A stretch of DNA of 64,000 nucleotides from Octopus vulgaris (taxonomy: Eukaryota): assembly GCA_951406725.2 (NCBI GenBank), contig OX597825.1:58900001-58964000 (forward strand), read 5' to 3'. A program made the translations under genes and the position numbers. Under the pieces are notes generated by a model that ran no database searches, was not told where the DNA came from, and was given only the letters and a program-made list of their open reading frames with translations. Shown piece by piece: positions 27,671-39,000 of the stretch (within the stretch, counting starts at the first letter, position 1; every line of letters starts with the position of its first letter).

Positions 27671-28054
27671 AGGGAATATATATATGTTCAAGTTATTTTA
27701 AAGCAAGTTTAAGAATAACACCTAAACATTTATACTGATGGGGGAGACTCAATACTAAAAACAGAGTCATCAGATTTTTTAATAAAATTCTTTCTGATTG
27801 GGACTTCAAATTTCCTTTGATGGTTTATTCAACCAGTTGCATAAGTCGTAAGCAAACCTTAAGAGCCCCAGTCAAAACGAATTTTCTAACACACACGCAT
27901 ACATATACAATATATATACACACACATACATATATAGACATGTGTATGCGTTGCAGCTTAGAATACAGTGTGATAAAGATAGAGAGAGAGAGAGAGAGAG
28001 CTGCCAGTGTGAGCACCATTAATGTGACAGTCCATTTTATTTCTCCTCCAGCCC

Positions 28055-29281
28055 CTACCGAGACAAACTAGACAGGGTGTTTGTAGATACATTAGTGCCC
28101 TGTCGACTTCCACCACTATTGTCTTCCCCACTATTGTCTTCATAGCCAACTTGGTAAAGAAGAAAATGGGGGTAGAGAGCTTCAACGATGTCCCCACGAC
28201 CCATCTCTTTCAGTCTATTCACTAATATGGTCACAGTGGCATTAGGGTCTGATGACCATTCTTCTAGTGTTCGATTCGTTTTGCTTTCATGCTTCTTGCT
28301 GCCGGAATCCAGTGAAGGGAGAACTTTTGTGAGCCCAAGTGTTACAGCTAGCAGGCACCAGTCTCGCCCCATTGGTTCAGCTGGGTCGAGCATAGCACTT
28401 AAAATACGTCTTGCATGGATAGTCAGCATAGAAATATGCAAGTCCACCCCCAGTGTAACATTATCCATGACATCAGGGGAACCGAGAAAAATAACCTCTG
28501 CAATGCATTCTGGTTCCATTTTGTCCAATTTGACACTAAGGGTATGATTCAGTTGGCATTCAATGAGCTGTCTTGGAGAATAGCTGGATACCACTTTTAC
28601 ATGTTCTTCTAGCTGTCCCCTGTGAAGTATGTGTCGCTCTATTTGAAAATAGGGACAGATGTCATGAATGATTTGTTCGACAGCTGTGACAAAGTCTTCG
28701 AGAAAGTAGAAAACTGCCGTCCGAGATTCTTTTGGACCTCGGACTTTGATTTCAAAGAATTGTTCATTTTTGTCCATGTTCAGGATTCCTTCTAACTCAC
28801 CACAGCAGTATTTGGAACCATGGTGCCACTGGTACAAATCAAGTGAAGGATCATCATTCTCCAGCACCAAAGTCCTTCTCAGCTGTACCTGAACTCTTGG
28901 AAAGAGGTATTTGAACTGATTACCAGAATCTGACACAGATATTATCCTCATCCCGCCGTAGATAGCATCTGCATAGTGTTGAGAGTCCTTCTGCCAGAGA
29001 CCGTTCAGGGTTTCAACGAAATTCAAACAAGGAAATTCATATTCAACATCACCGTCATTGTCACATTGTGTACAGACTTCAAGACATTCGAGAACCTTAA
29101 GCAAGTCTAGAGCATCAGTTTCGGGGTACATTAGTTGAAATTCATCGATACTAAAACAACCTGTAATCCGAGTCTGGAGGATCTTGTCATGAGAAATGAG
29201 GTTTCCAATGACATCCGTACACAACCAGTTGGGATGGAGCACCACAAGGTCAGGCCCAGTTTCATTTTCAAGGTAAATCAC
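28055..29281 (-). CDS. DAPK1: DAPK1 last coding exon: COR, death domain ([20 protein letters not shown]) and Ser-rich tail
   Basis: 408-codon ORF starting exactly at a cag| acceptor; TAG at 28057-28055. Confidence 0.97.
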   Translation of the reverse strand: MIYLENETGPDLVVLHPNWLCTDVIGNLISHDKILQTRITGCFSIDEFQLMYPETDALDLLKVLECLEVCTQCDNDGDVEYEFPCLNFVETLNGLWQKDSQHYADAIYGGMRIISVSDSGNQFKYLFPRVQVQLRRTLVLENDDPSLDLYQWHHGSKYCCGELEGILNMDKNEQFFEIKVRGPKESRTAVFYFLEDFVTAVEQIIHDICPYFQIERHILHRGQLEEHVKVVSSYSPRQLIECQLNHTLSVKLDKMEPECIAEVIFLGSPDVMDNVTLGVDLHISMLTIHARRILSAMLDPAEPMGRDWCLLAVTLGLTKVLPSLDSGSKKHESKTNRTLEEWSSDPNATVTILVNRLKEMGRGDIVEALYPHFLLYQVGYEDNSGEDNSGGSRQGTNVSTNTLSSLSR

Positions 29282-30636
29282 CTGAAAAGTAAATAATAAT
29301 GTTGTTAGTATAATAATAATAATAGTCCTTTCGGATCTTTTCAGTTTGAACTGAAGTTTTTAACATAATTTCTAGGTAACTAAAAAATTTTAAACTTCGT
29401 ATACTGGTAGAATGTGTTTATAAAACATCATTTTCTCTTGGCTTTATTGAGAAAATTCTATAGTTTGTAAGATATTTGTTGTTTTTTTCCTTCAATTTCT
29501 GCAATTTCAACCAATCAAATACGTCTAGAGGCAAAAAACATTCTGTGCCCTATGAATACATCCCTCGTTTAAGAAACAGATTGGGTTTATTTACATTTCT
29601 GAAGAAAAAAAGATACCCTTCCCCCTAACCCTAACCCTAAAACAGATTGAAATGCAATAGATCGATACTAGGGTCATAATTATGGGTGACAATTTCATAT
29701 GACACTGCTAGAAAAAACTGCCGTTCAAACCGAAAAGATCCGTCCTTTCTACTAAAGGTACAAGGCCAGAAATTTGGGAGAGGGGACTAGTCAAATGCAT
29801 CAACTTCAGTACTCAACTGGTACTTTATTGACCCCAAAAGAATGAAAAGCAAAGTCAACCTTGGCAGAATTTGAACTCAGAGTGTAGCGGCAGATGAAAT
29901 ACTGCTAAGCATTTCACCTGGAGTACTAATGATTCTGCCAGCTTGCTGCCTTAATAATAATAATAATACTTTCTACTGGAAGCACAAGGCCTCAAATTTG
30001 GAGGAAGGGGTTAAGTTGATTACATCGACCCTAGAGCGTAACTGGTATTTATTTGATTGACCCTGAAAGGAGGAAAGGCAAAGTTGACCATGGCAGAATT
30101 TGAACTCAGAATGTAAAGACAGACGAAATACTACCAAGCATTTCACCCAGCATGCTACTGATTCTGCCAGCTTACTGCCTTAATAATAATAATAAATAAT
30201 GGTTTAAAATTTTGGTACAGGGCCAGTAATTTTGAGGAGAGATTAAGTTGATTACATTGACCCCAGTGCACAACTGGTACTTATTCTATTGACTCCGAAA
30301 GACCAAAAGGCAAAGTCAACCTTAGTGAGGTTTGAACTCAGAACAGACAGATGAAATGCCACTAAGCATTTTGCTTGGTGCGCTAATGATTCTGTCAGCT
30401 TGCTCTCTTAACAATAATAACAATCCTTTCTACAATAGGCACAAGGCCTGGGTTTTGTGAGAAGGGGAACAGCCGATCACATTGGCACCAGTACTCAACT
30501 GCTATTTAATTTATCGATACTGAAAGGATGGAAGGCAAAGTTGACCTCGGTGGAATTTGAACTCAGAACGTTGGGGCAGACAAAATACTGCTAAGCATTT
30601 CACCCGGCTTGCTAACAACTTTGCCAGCTCACCTCC

Positions 30637-30667
<31 letters not shown>

Positions 30668-33600
30668 GCATCATCATCATCATCATGGTGATGGTGATAG
30701 TGATGATCGTCCTTTCTAACTCTGGCACAAAGCCAGCAATTTTGATGCAAGAGGGTTAGTCAACTATATCAACTCCAGAGCCTTATATATACTTTATTGT
30801 ATCATCCTTAGGGGGATGAAAGATAAAACTGACCTAGGCAGGATTTGAGATCAGAATGTAAAGAGACAAAGCAAATAGCAAAGGCATTTCATATGATGCT
30901 CTAATGATTCAGCCAATCCACAATCCTTAATAAATTCTAATATAGGGAGAATTTATCTTATTTGATCCCTGAAAGGGTGGAAAAGACAAACAAAAAGAAA
31001 ACAAAAAAAACAAATATTACACTAGTGGGATTTGAACTTATTTAAATGTACAGTGAGCGAGAAAACAATAAGACTTACCTCACCAATTAACTGCAATTGG
31101 TGCACAAGGGATTTTAGATCGATTTCACCTGCTAAGGGGTTAATCTTTGTGCGAACATGCTCTGAGAAACTCTTCCAATCTAATACTGGATATGATGATG
31201 AGGCTCGACGCCAGTATGGAAGCTGTGAGACCATGAGTTCCAAAAAGCCAGATGTTTGTGGTAATGACTGTTAAAATAGATGTAACAATGTGAATATAAG
31301 TCCTTTATGTGCAACAAAGCAGTACTGGAATTAAAAAAAAGTCATCTGTATATCATACTCAATGTAAATGCATTGCAAAAAAGAAACTTTACTGTAATAT
31401 TCATTTGAAGATATTTTTTATGGATGTGCTGTGTTTAATTCTTTAGCATTTAATCTCTTTTACTTGTTTCAGTCATTTGACTGCGGCCATGCTGAAGCAC
31501 CATCTTTAGTCGAGCAGATCGACCCCAGGACTTATTCTTTGTAAGCCTAGTACTTATTCTATCAGTCTCTTTTGCCGAACCACTAAGTTACGGGGACGTA
31601 AACACACCAGCATCGGTTGTCAAGCGATGTAGGGGGGAGAAACGCAGACACACAAACACACACCCATATATATATATACATATACACAACGGGCTTCTTT
31701 CAGTTTCCGTCTACCAAATCCACTCACAAGGCTTTGGTCGGCACGAGGCTATAGTAGAAGACACTTGCCCAAGGTGCCAGGCAGTGGGACTGAACCCAGA
31801 ACAATGTGGTTGGTAAGCAAGCTACTTACTACACAGCCACTCTTGCGCCTGGTCATATCTGGCCCAAATATTCTACCAGTTTTATGCTAAAACTGACCAG
31901 ATCCAACATCTCACACCTACCCTACAATGCCATTCTCAAAATATACAAACGCACCATTGAAATCTCAAAGTTACAAGACAATCCATGATTAATTCAAAAC
32001 AATGTAAATAAATAAGCAATACATTTGACAAGGAAATTTGAATGCTGAAGGGTTAAAAATACAAATATATCTGTAGTGAATTCTCATCAGCCACTTCTAG
32101 GAAGATTTTTAACTGTTACTGATATATTTGTTATTTGACCCTTTCGATACAAACCTATCTGAGGACCATCCCTGTTCTATGGAACAAATTTGCTGTTTTG
32201 AAGTAATTTAACTTAAATTCTAGTATCAAAATTTCATTCTTTTATTCTTATACTTGTTTTAGTCATTTGACTGTAACTGTGCTGGAGCACCGCCCTAACG
32301 GGTGTTTTAGTCAAAGAAATCAATGCCAGGTCCTATTCTTTGTAAGCCTAGTACTAATTCTATCAGTCTCTTTTGCGGAACTTCTAAGTTAGAAGGACAT
32401 AAACACACCAACATCAGTTATCAAGCAATGGTGGTTATAGTAGTGGGGAACAAACACAGACACATGCATATAAATATATACACAAATACCTACACACATA
32501 TATATATATATATATAATGGGTTTCCTTCAGTTTCTGTCGACCAAATCCACTCACAAGGCTTTGGTTGGCCCAAGGCTATAGTAGAAGATACTTGCCCAA
32601 GTTGCCATGCAGTGGGACTGAACCCAGAACCATGTGGTTGAGAAGCAAGCTTCTTACCACACAACCACACCTTGTACACCAAACACCAATTTAATAATAG
32701 CAAGGTTATTTTACTAAATTCTTTATTATTTTCAAAATTAACTGAAACAATGGTAGTATATTTCAAAAGAAATATGGTGACAAAAGGGTTAACACAGTAC
32801 ATCCATAATTTTGTTTTTTCCTGATTCAGGACACTACCCAAGCCCACCGTGACACTTCCATGAATAGTGGGTGAAGAAAACGGATGGAAGGATGGAAATA
32901 ATGAATAAACATAAGAAAAAAATACACCTGTAGTTATTAGGAGCTCAATTAAAAATACATCATTAAGCTCCAATATGTTCTTACAATGCTGTAAATCAGG
33001 GTGAAACCAACTTGCATATATAAACGGAATTGGTAAAACAACCTTTTACAGCAGAAGCATAGATTTCATATGTAGTTTTATTCTAATAGTTCTCAACAGC
33101 TGTTTCATTAGCATTAGATATCATTATTTCGATAATTACACAATTATGATACATAATTATATATATATATATATATATCAAAATTAAGGGTGAAAAAATT
33201 GGATATTAATTTAATAATACCATCAATTTAACACCAAGTGGTTTAGCGCATTTATATATTTTATTTATATATATATACACATACACAAAAATTCTATAAT
33301 TATGAGCATAATTATTGCTGTCTGGGAGATATCTTATGGTGGTAGAATAGTATTTTAACAGCTATTTCTAAATTTTGGTATGTGGTGAAGCAAACTCTGC
33401 TGAACCCTAATTATAACTATGTTCATAATTATAGAATTTTTGTATAAGTTTACCGATAATGGTTCTTTTAATATACTGAACTACTTGGTAAAATTATCAA
33501 TTATTAATTGATTAATTAATTTTACTCTTTATTATTATTGATAATACATCATCATCATTTAATGTCCGTTTTCCATGCTAGCATGGGTTGGACGGTTCAA

Positions 33601-36061
33601 CTGGGGTCTGGGAAGCCAGAAGGCTGAAACAGGCTTCAGTCTGATCTGGCAGTGTTTCTACGGCTGGATGCCCTTCCTAACGCCAACCACTTGTAGATTA
33701 GGAGTGAGAGGCTAGATATCGCCAGTTTGAATATAAAACATGTAGAATATGGCCACGGACGGATTTGGCCTTTTTACGTGCCAAATACATATATATAAAT
33801 ATAAATTTGATATCAAGGGAAATCTCACCAAGTCAAATTGAAAATTTCTTTTAATCTTAGTTTCAATAATATATTTGCTTGTGAAAGAGAGGAACAAATA
33901 GGAGAGTAATTTCTGAAAGTGACCAACCTTTACAATTTGTCCCTTCATTTCAGCAATTTGTCTTTTGAGAGCTTTCATATCAGATGAACCAGCCACCTGG
34001 GTGTCTATAACAAATACTCGATCTACAATTTCCATGTCATTGCCAAACTCCTTCTGTGCCTTTGTAAGAATCATTTGTGTCTCTTTACAGACATATTCAC
34101 CACGATTGTTACGGCTGCAGCTGGTAGCTTGATCCGCATGAGTTGCAACAAGGATGACCCCAAGTGCATTTAAAGGTTTTCCACATTGACCTACAACAAC
34201 AAAAAAATGATTAGATAGGAGTGATTGTTACCATTTGACTTATGTGCCTGTATATGCAAGTGTGTTATATTGTGTGTATTTGTATAATTTTCGGCGTGGG
34301 TGAAGGCGCGTGGCTTAGTGGTTAGGACATTCGGCTCGTGATTGTAAGGTCGTGAGTTCGATTCCCGGCAACGTGTTGAGTCCTTGAGCAAGACACTTTA
34401 TTTCACGTTGCTCCAGTCCCCTCAGCTGGTAAAAATGAGTTGTACCTGTATTTCAAAGGGCCGGCCTTGTCACACTTTGTGTCACGCTGAATCTCCCTGA
34501 GAACTACGTTAGGGGTACGCGTGTCTGTGGATTGCTCTGTCACTTGCACGTTAATTTCATGAGCAGGCTGTTCCGTTGATCGTATCAACTGGGACCCTTG
34601 TCGTCGTAACCGACGGAGTGCTCAAATAGAAAAAAAAAAAAAATTTTTCGGCTGCATATACAGGTGAGGGAGACACAATGGCCCAGTGGTTAGGGCAGCG
34701 GACTCGCGGTCGGAGGCTCACGGTTTCGATTCCCAGACAGGGTGTTGTGTGTGTTTATTGAGCGAAAACACCTAAAGCTCCCTGTTGTACTCTTTCACCC
34801 CAACTTTCTTTCACTCTCTCTTCCTGTTTCTTGAGTAACGCTGTGATGGACTGGTGTCCTGTTCAGCTGGGGGTGGGGGAACACATATGCCACAGAAAAC
34901 AGGAAACTGGGCCCATGAGCCTAGCTAGGCTTGAAAAGAGCACATAAAAAAAATATACAAATGAGAGCAGGGTTGGTGAATGTGTGTGTGTAAATGTGTT
35001 GATTTGCATCTGTGTTTCTGAATCTGTTGGTGAGTGCACATTGGTATGATGGTGAGTATATGTTGGTGCATATATGTGTGTGTGTGCATATGTTGTAGTG
35101 TGTATGTATATGTGTGGGTATACACATGTTGGTGTGTGAATGTGTTAGTTTGCATGTGTGTTTGACCGTGCTTGTATTATAGTATGTGTGTATAATTGAA
35201 CATATATATACACCCAGAACCATGCTAATAGCTTAGGAGTGAAATTTAGGATTTCTCGGTTTTCTGTGAATTAGCATGGGTCACCCAAAAACTGAAGAAT
35301 CTGAAATAAAAAAAGGATGTTATACACAATAATGAAAACATAACATTGGTGTTGCCATAGTGTGCAAACTAGCTGGGAAAAGTGTTATCAAAATAGATTC
35401 ACAGAAAACTGAGAAATCCTAAATTTCACTAAGCTATTAGCATGGTTCTGGATGTATGTTGGTGACAGCATGTATATGATTCTGTGTACATGTATGTTGG
35501 TGTATATTATATATGGCTAGGGCGGCGAGCTGGCAGAAACGTTAGCACGCTGGGTGAAATGCGTAGCCGTATTTCGTCTGCCGTTACCTTCTGAGTTCAA
35601 ATTCCGCCGAGGTCGACTTTGCCTTTCATCCTTTCAGGGTCGATAAATTAAGTACCAGTTACGCACTGGGGTCGATATAATCGACATAATCCGTTTGTCT
35701 GTCCTTGTTTGTCCCCTATGCGTTTAGCCCCTTGTGGGTAGTAAAGAAATGTATATTATATATGTATGTTGGTGTGTACATTATTGTGTGTATGTGCTTG
35801 ACAGTGCATTTATTGTAGTATGTATGTATGTATGTATTGTAGTATGTATGTATGTACGTACGTATGTATATATATATATATAACGATGATGATGATGATA
35901 TAAATAGATGAGTGTATTTTTGCCTTGTTAACAATTAACACGGAAAAAATATACCATTTATTCTTTTGAATAATATCAGTGGAATCTTTGAAAGATGTGT
36001 CAAAAGTAAAAGTATTTGATTTATACCTGCAATAAACTCCATCTATATATATGTTTATATG

Positions 36062-36092
<31 letters not shown>

Positions 36093-39000
36093 TGGTGATG
36101 GCATGTATGATTCTGTGTGCATGTGTGTTGGTGTATATCATATATGTATGTTGATGTGTACGTTGGTGTGCAGTAATGTTTATCCCCACTCAAACATGAA
36201 TGTTCTATTAGAACAAACTATACTGCCATAATTACTATGAATGAAATTCTTATATTGGCCTTTTAGTGCAAAATGCACACTTCCAATATGAGAGAAGTTC
36301 TCTCATGGTTAGTATTGCAGTATAGTTTGTTCTAATAGAACATCCACATTTAAGCAGGGTATAAATGTTATCTATTCATATTAATATTGCCTCTGCTGCT
36401 AATATGCATTGGTGTGTGTGTTAATGTGATGTCAAATGCATGCTCATGTAGCAACATAGGAGCAGAAGGTTAATGAAAATGATGCCAACTTACCCAGAGG
36501 AGGTTGCAGACCAGACCTGGACTTGACAAAATTCAACCAGAACATCACTTGGGCAATTTGCTCGTCAAAAGAATCTGTTAGACTAAATCCAATAATGGTG
36601 ACACAATTTTGGTCATGTAAAAAATGGTCGTAGAGCATATAATAAGGTTGGTAGCCAGAGAAGTCCCAGATGCTCACATCACCAATTCCTAGAGAATTAA
36701 AAATGATACATGTAAACATTTGTATATGCATGTATGTTCATGTGAGAGAAGGAGAAAGATTAATTAAAAAGGGTGATTAAGCACATGAACACAAAACAGG
36801 GAGTCCCCCTCCTCTTCCTCCTCATCATTTTTACATGTACTCTTCAATGTTTCCAACAATCAGTTGAAGATGCTATGAATGGCCCTACATGTGAAATGGC
36901 AGCAATATATGACAAATGAATACCTTTATGGAGACCTGCTGAAAGTTAGCGAGAAGGTTGGACAAAGACGGCTGCAACTATTGGGTCACTGCATGTGCCA
37001 CCCTGAATTGGGAGCATCCAAATTAGTTTTGTGGAACCCACGTCATGGTGATATAAGAAGAGAAAAACTTTGTCACACAAATATTAACTTGATTGCAGGT
37101 ACTGGCCTGGAATGTATCCTGGACATTTGGGCAGTGATGATGGGTCGAGAAGTGTAGAGGTCTATGTTGGAACCCAACCATAATAATAAAATTGTGGATC
37201 AGTTGGAAGTGTTGAGGTAGATTTTCTATGGCCAGATTCCCTTCCCGTTGCCAATCTTCGCCTGTTTCTAATCAAGGTAATATTTCACCCCATGGTCGGA
37301 CATGTTTCCATGAAAGATTGGAAACAAAAGAAACAGCTTGTATGTAAGTGATTCTTGATTATGACTATTGTGCAATGTCAAGAGATACAAACACATGCAT
37401 GAATACACACAAGTGCACACACACACAACAGCAGCTTTGAGTTTTCATCTCTCTCTTTTACTTGTTTCAGTCATTTGACTGTGGCCATGCTGGAGCACCG
37501 CCTTTAGTTGAGCAAATCGACCCTGGGACTTATTCTTTGTAAGCCCAGTACTTATTCTATCGGTCTCTTTTGCCGAACCGCTAAGTGACGGGGACGTAAA
37601 CACACCAGCATCGGTTGTCAAGCAATGCTAGGGGGACAAACACAGACACATAAACACACACACGCATATATATATATATACATATATACGACGGGCTTCT
37701 TTTAGTTTCCGTCTACCAAATCCACTCACAAAGCTTTGGTCGGCCCGAGGCTACAGTAGAAGACACTTGCCCAAGGTGCCACGCAATGGGACTGAACCTG
37801 GAACCATGTGGTTGGTAAACAAGCTACTTACCACACAGCCACTCCTGCGCCTATTCTACCAAATTCACTGACAGAACTTCAGTTGGTTTGAAGCTATAGT
37901 AGATGATAATGACACAAGGTGCCACATGGTGGGATTGAACACAAAAGCATGTGGTTAGGAAACAAACTTATCAACCACTCCTGCACATAGTGAGTCTCAC
38001 TTAAATATAAAAAAATCCAAATGAAAAAAACAACAACGAAAAAAAACCCCTGCTTAACCACTCAACCATGCTTATGCCTTTGCAGTAGAAAATACAATTA
38101 TAAATATTTTGGGATCTTGGAATCAAGACAGTAATTCTTACTTCATTGTTAACAAAATTTTGGACAGGAATGATACAAACCTTTTACATTTACTTGTTGG
38201 ACATCTATTCCTTTGGTATATGTAGGGTTACCAATTGAGTAACAAAGTGGTGTTGGTAAGCTGTATTGACGTAGCATACGAGACCGGTCTGAAAAAACGG
38301 AATGTGAACTCCAGTTTAATAAATTTACTACAATTACAGCTATACTAGTTAATATCTTTCTATTACGTTTGTCAACAACAACAGGTTTCTGACTCAGACA
38401 TAGTGTCTGAATGAATAGTAATTATGGAAAAGATGGCATCGGAGGGGTGATGCATACACTGAGCACAGATAAATTTTTTCACAAATTATAGTGTGGCTTA
38501 CAATGCATTGCTTACCAATGCTTTTTAATTGAACTGAATTAATTTTAATTTTTCATTTTCTAAGTTTCATCATTATAGGTATTTACACTCTGGTGAAATT
38601 AAGAAATCAACTTGTAAATAAACAAAACCCTCGAGTGCATCAGTGTACACACATGCACACACACAGTAGCATATCTATGTATCCATGTATATATGCACAT
38701 GTGTCTACACACATAGGCACACCATGATCTATACACACACAAATGAGGGTTGATTCATATAAAAAAGGAAGTGAACAAAATAATATGACCACTTGCTTAT
38801 TGGGAAATTTGTAAGTTTGATTTAAAATTTTATTTTTTAAAGATAATCAAACCAAATGTTCATCATTTCGAGCCTCTCACCCAATGAGTATTTCTGCCGA
38901 ATGTGGTGAAAATCTGTTTGGCTATTTTCCAGTAATTTTGTAAACACACAGACAAAGACAAGTGATTACAATACCCTGCTTTTGCTTACATGCGCAAAGT

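Noticed and set aside
27221-27738. Long YI/MF-rich ORFs (also 54544-55192, 59152-59664, 60040-60745, 12561-12920)
   Set aside because: Translations of (TA)n/(TG)n/(CT)n microsatellites; only the ankyrin exon inside 59152-59664 is real.
27735-27775. Hairpin with CTGATGA/ATGA in the DAPK1 3' region (SECIS or hammerhead?)
   Set aside because: No GAAA half, no proper SECIS geometry, and no in-frame TGA in the visible DAPK1 exons.
28188-28612. Plus-strand ORFs opposite the DAPK1 last exon
   Set aside because: Antisense shadows of the coding frame.
34305-34380. tRNA-like sequences (also 7795, 34669, 58835, 61965)
   Set aside because: A/B boxes are present but there is no closed acceptor stem, and each runs into a SINE body; these are SINE heads, not tRNA genes.
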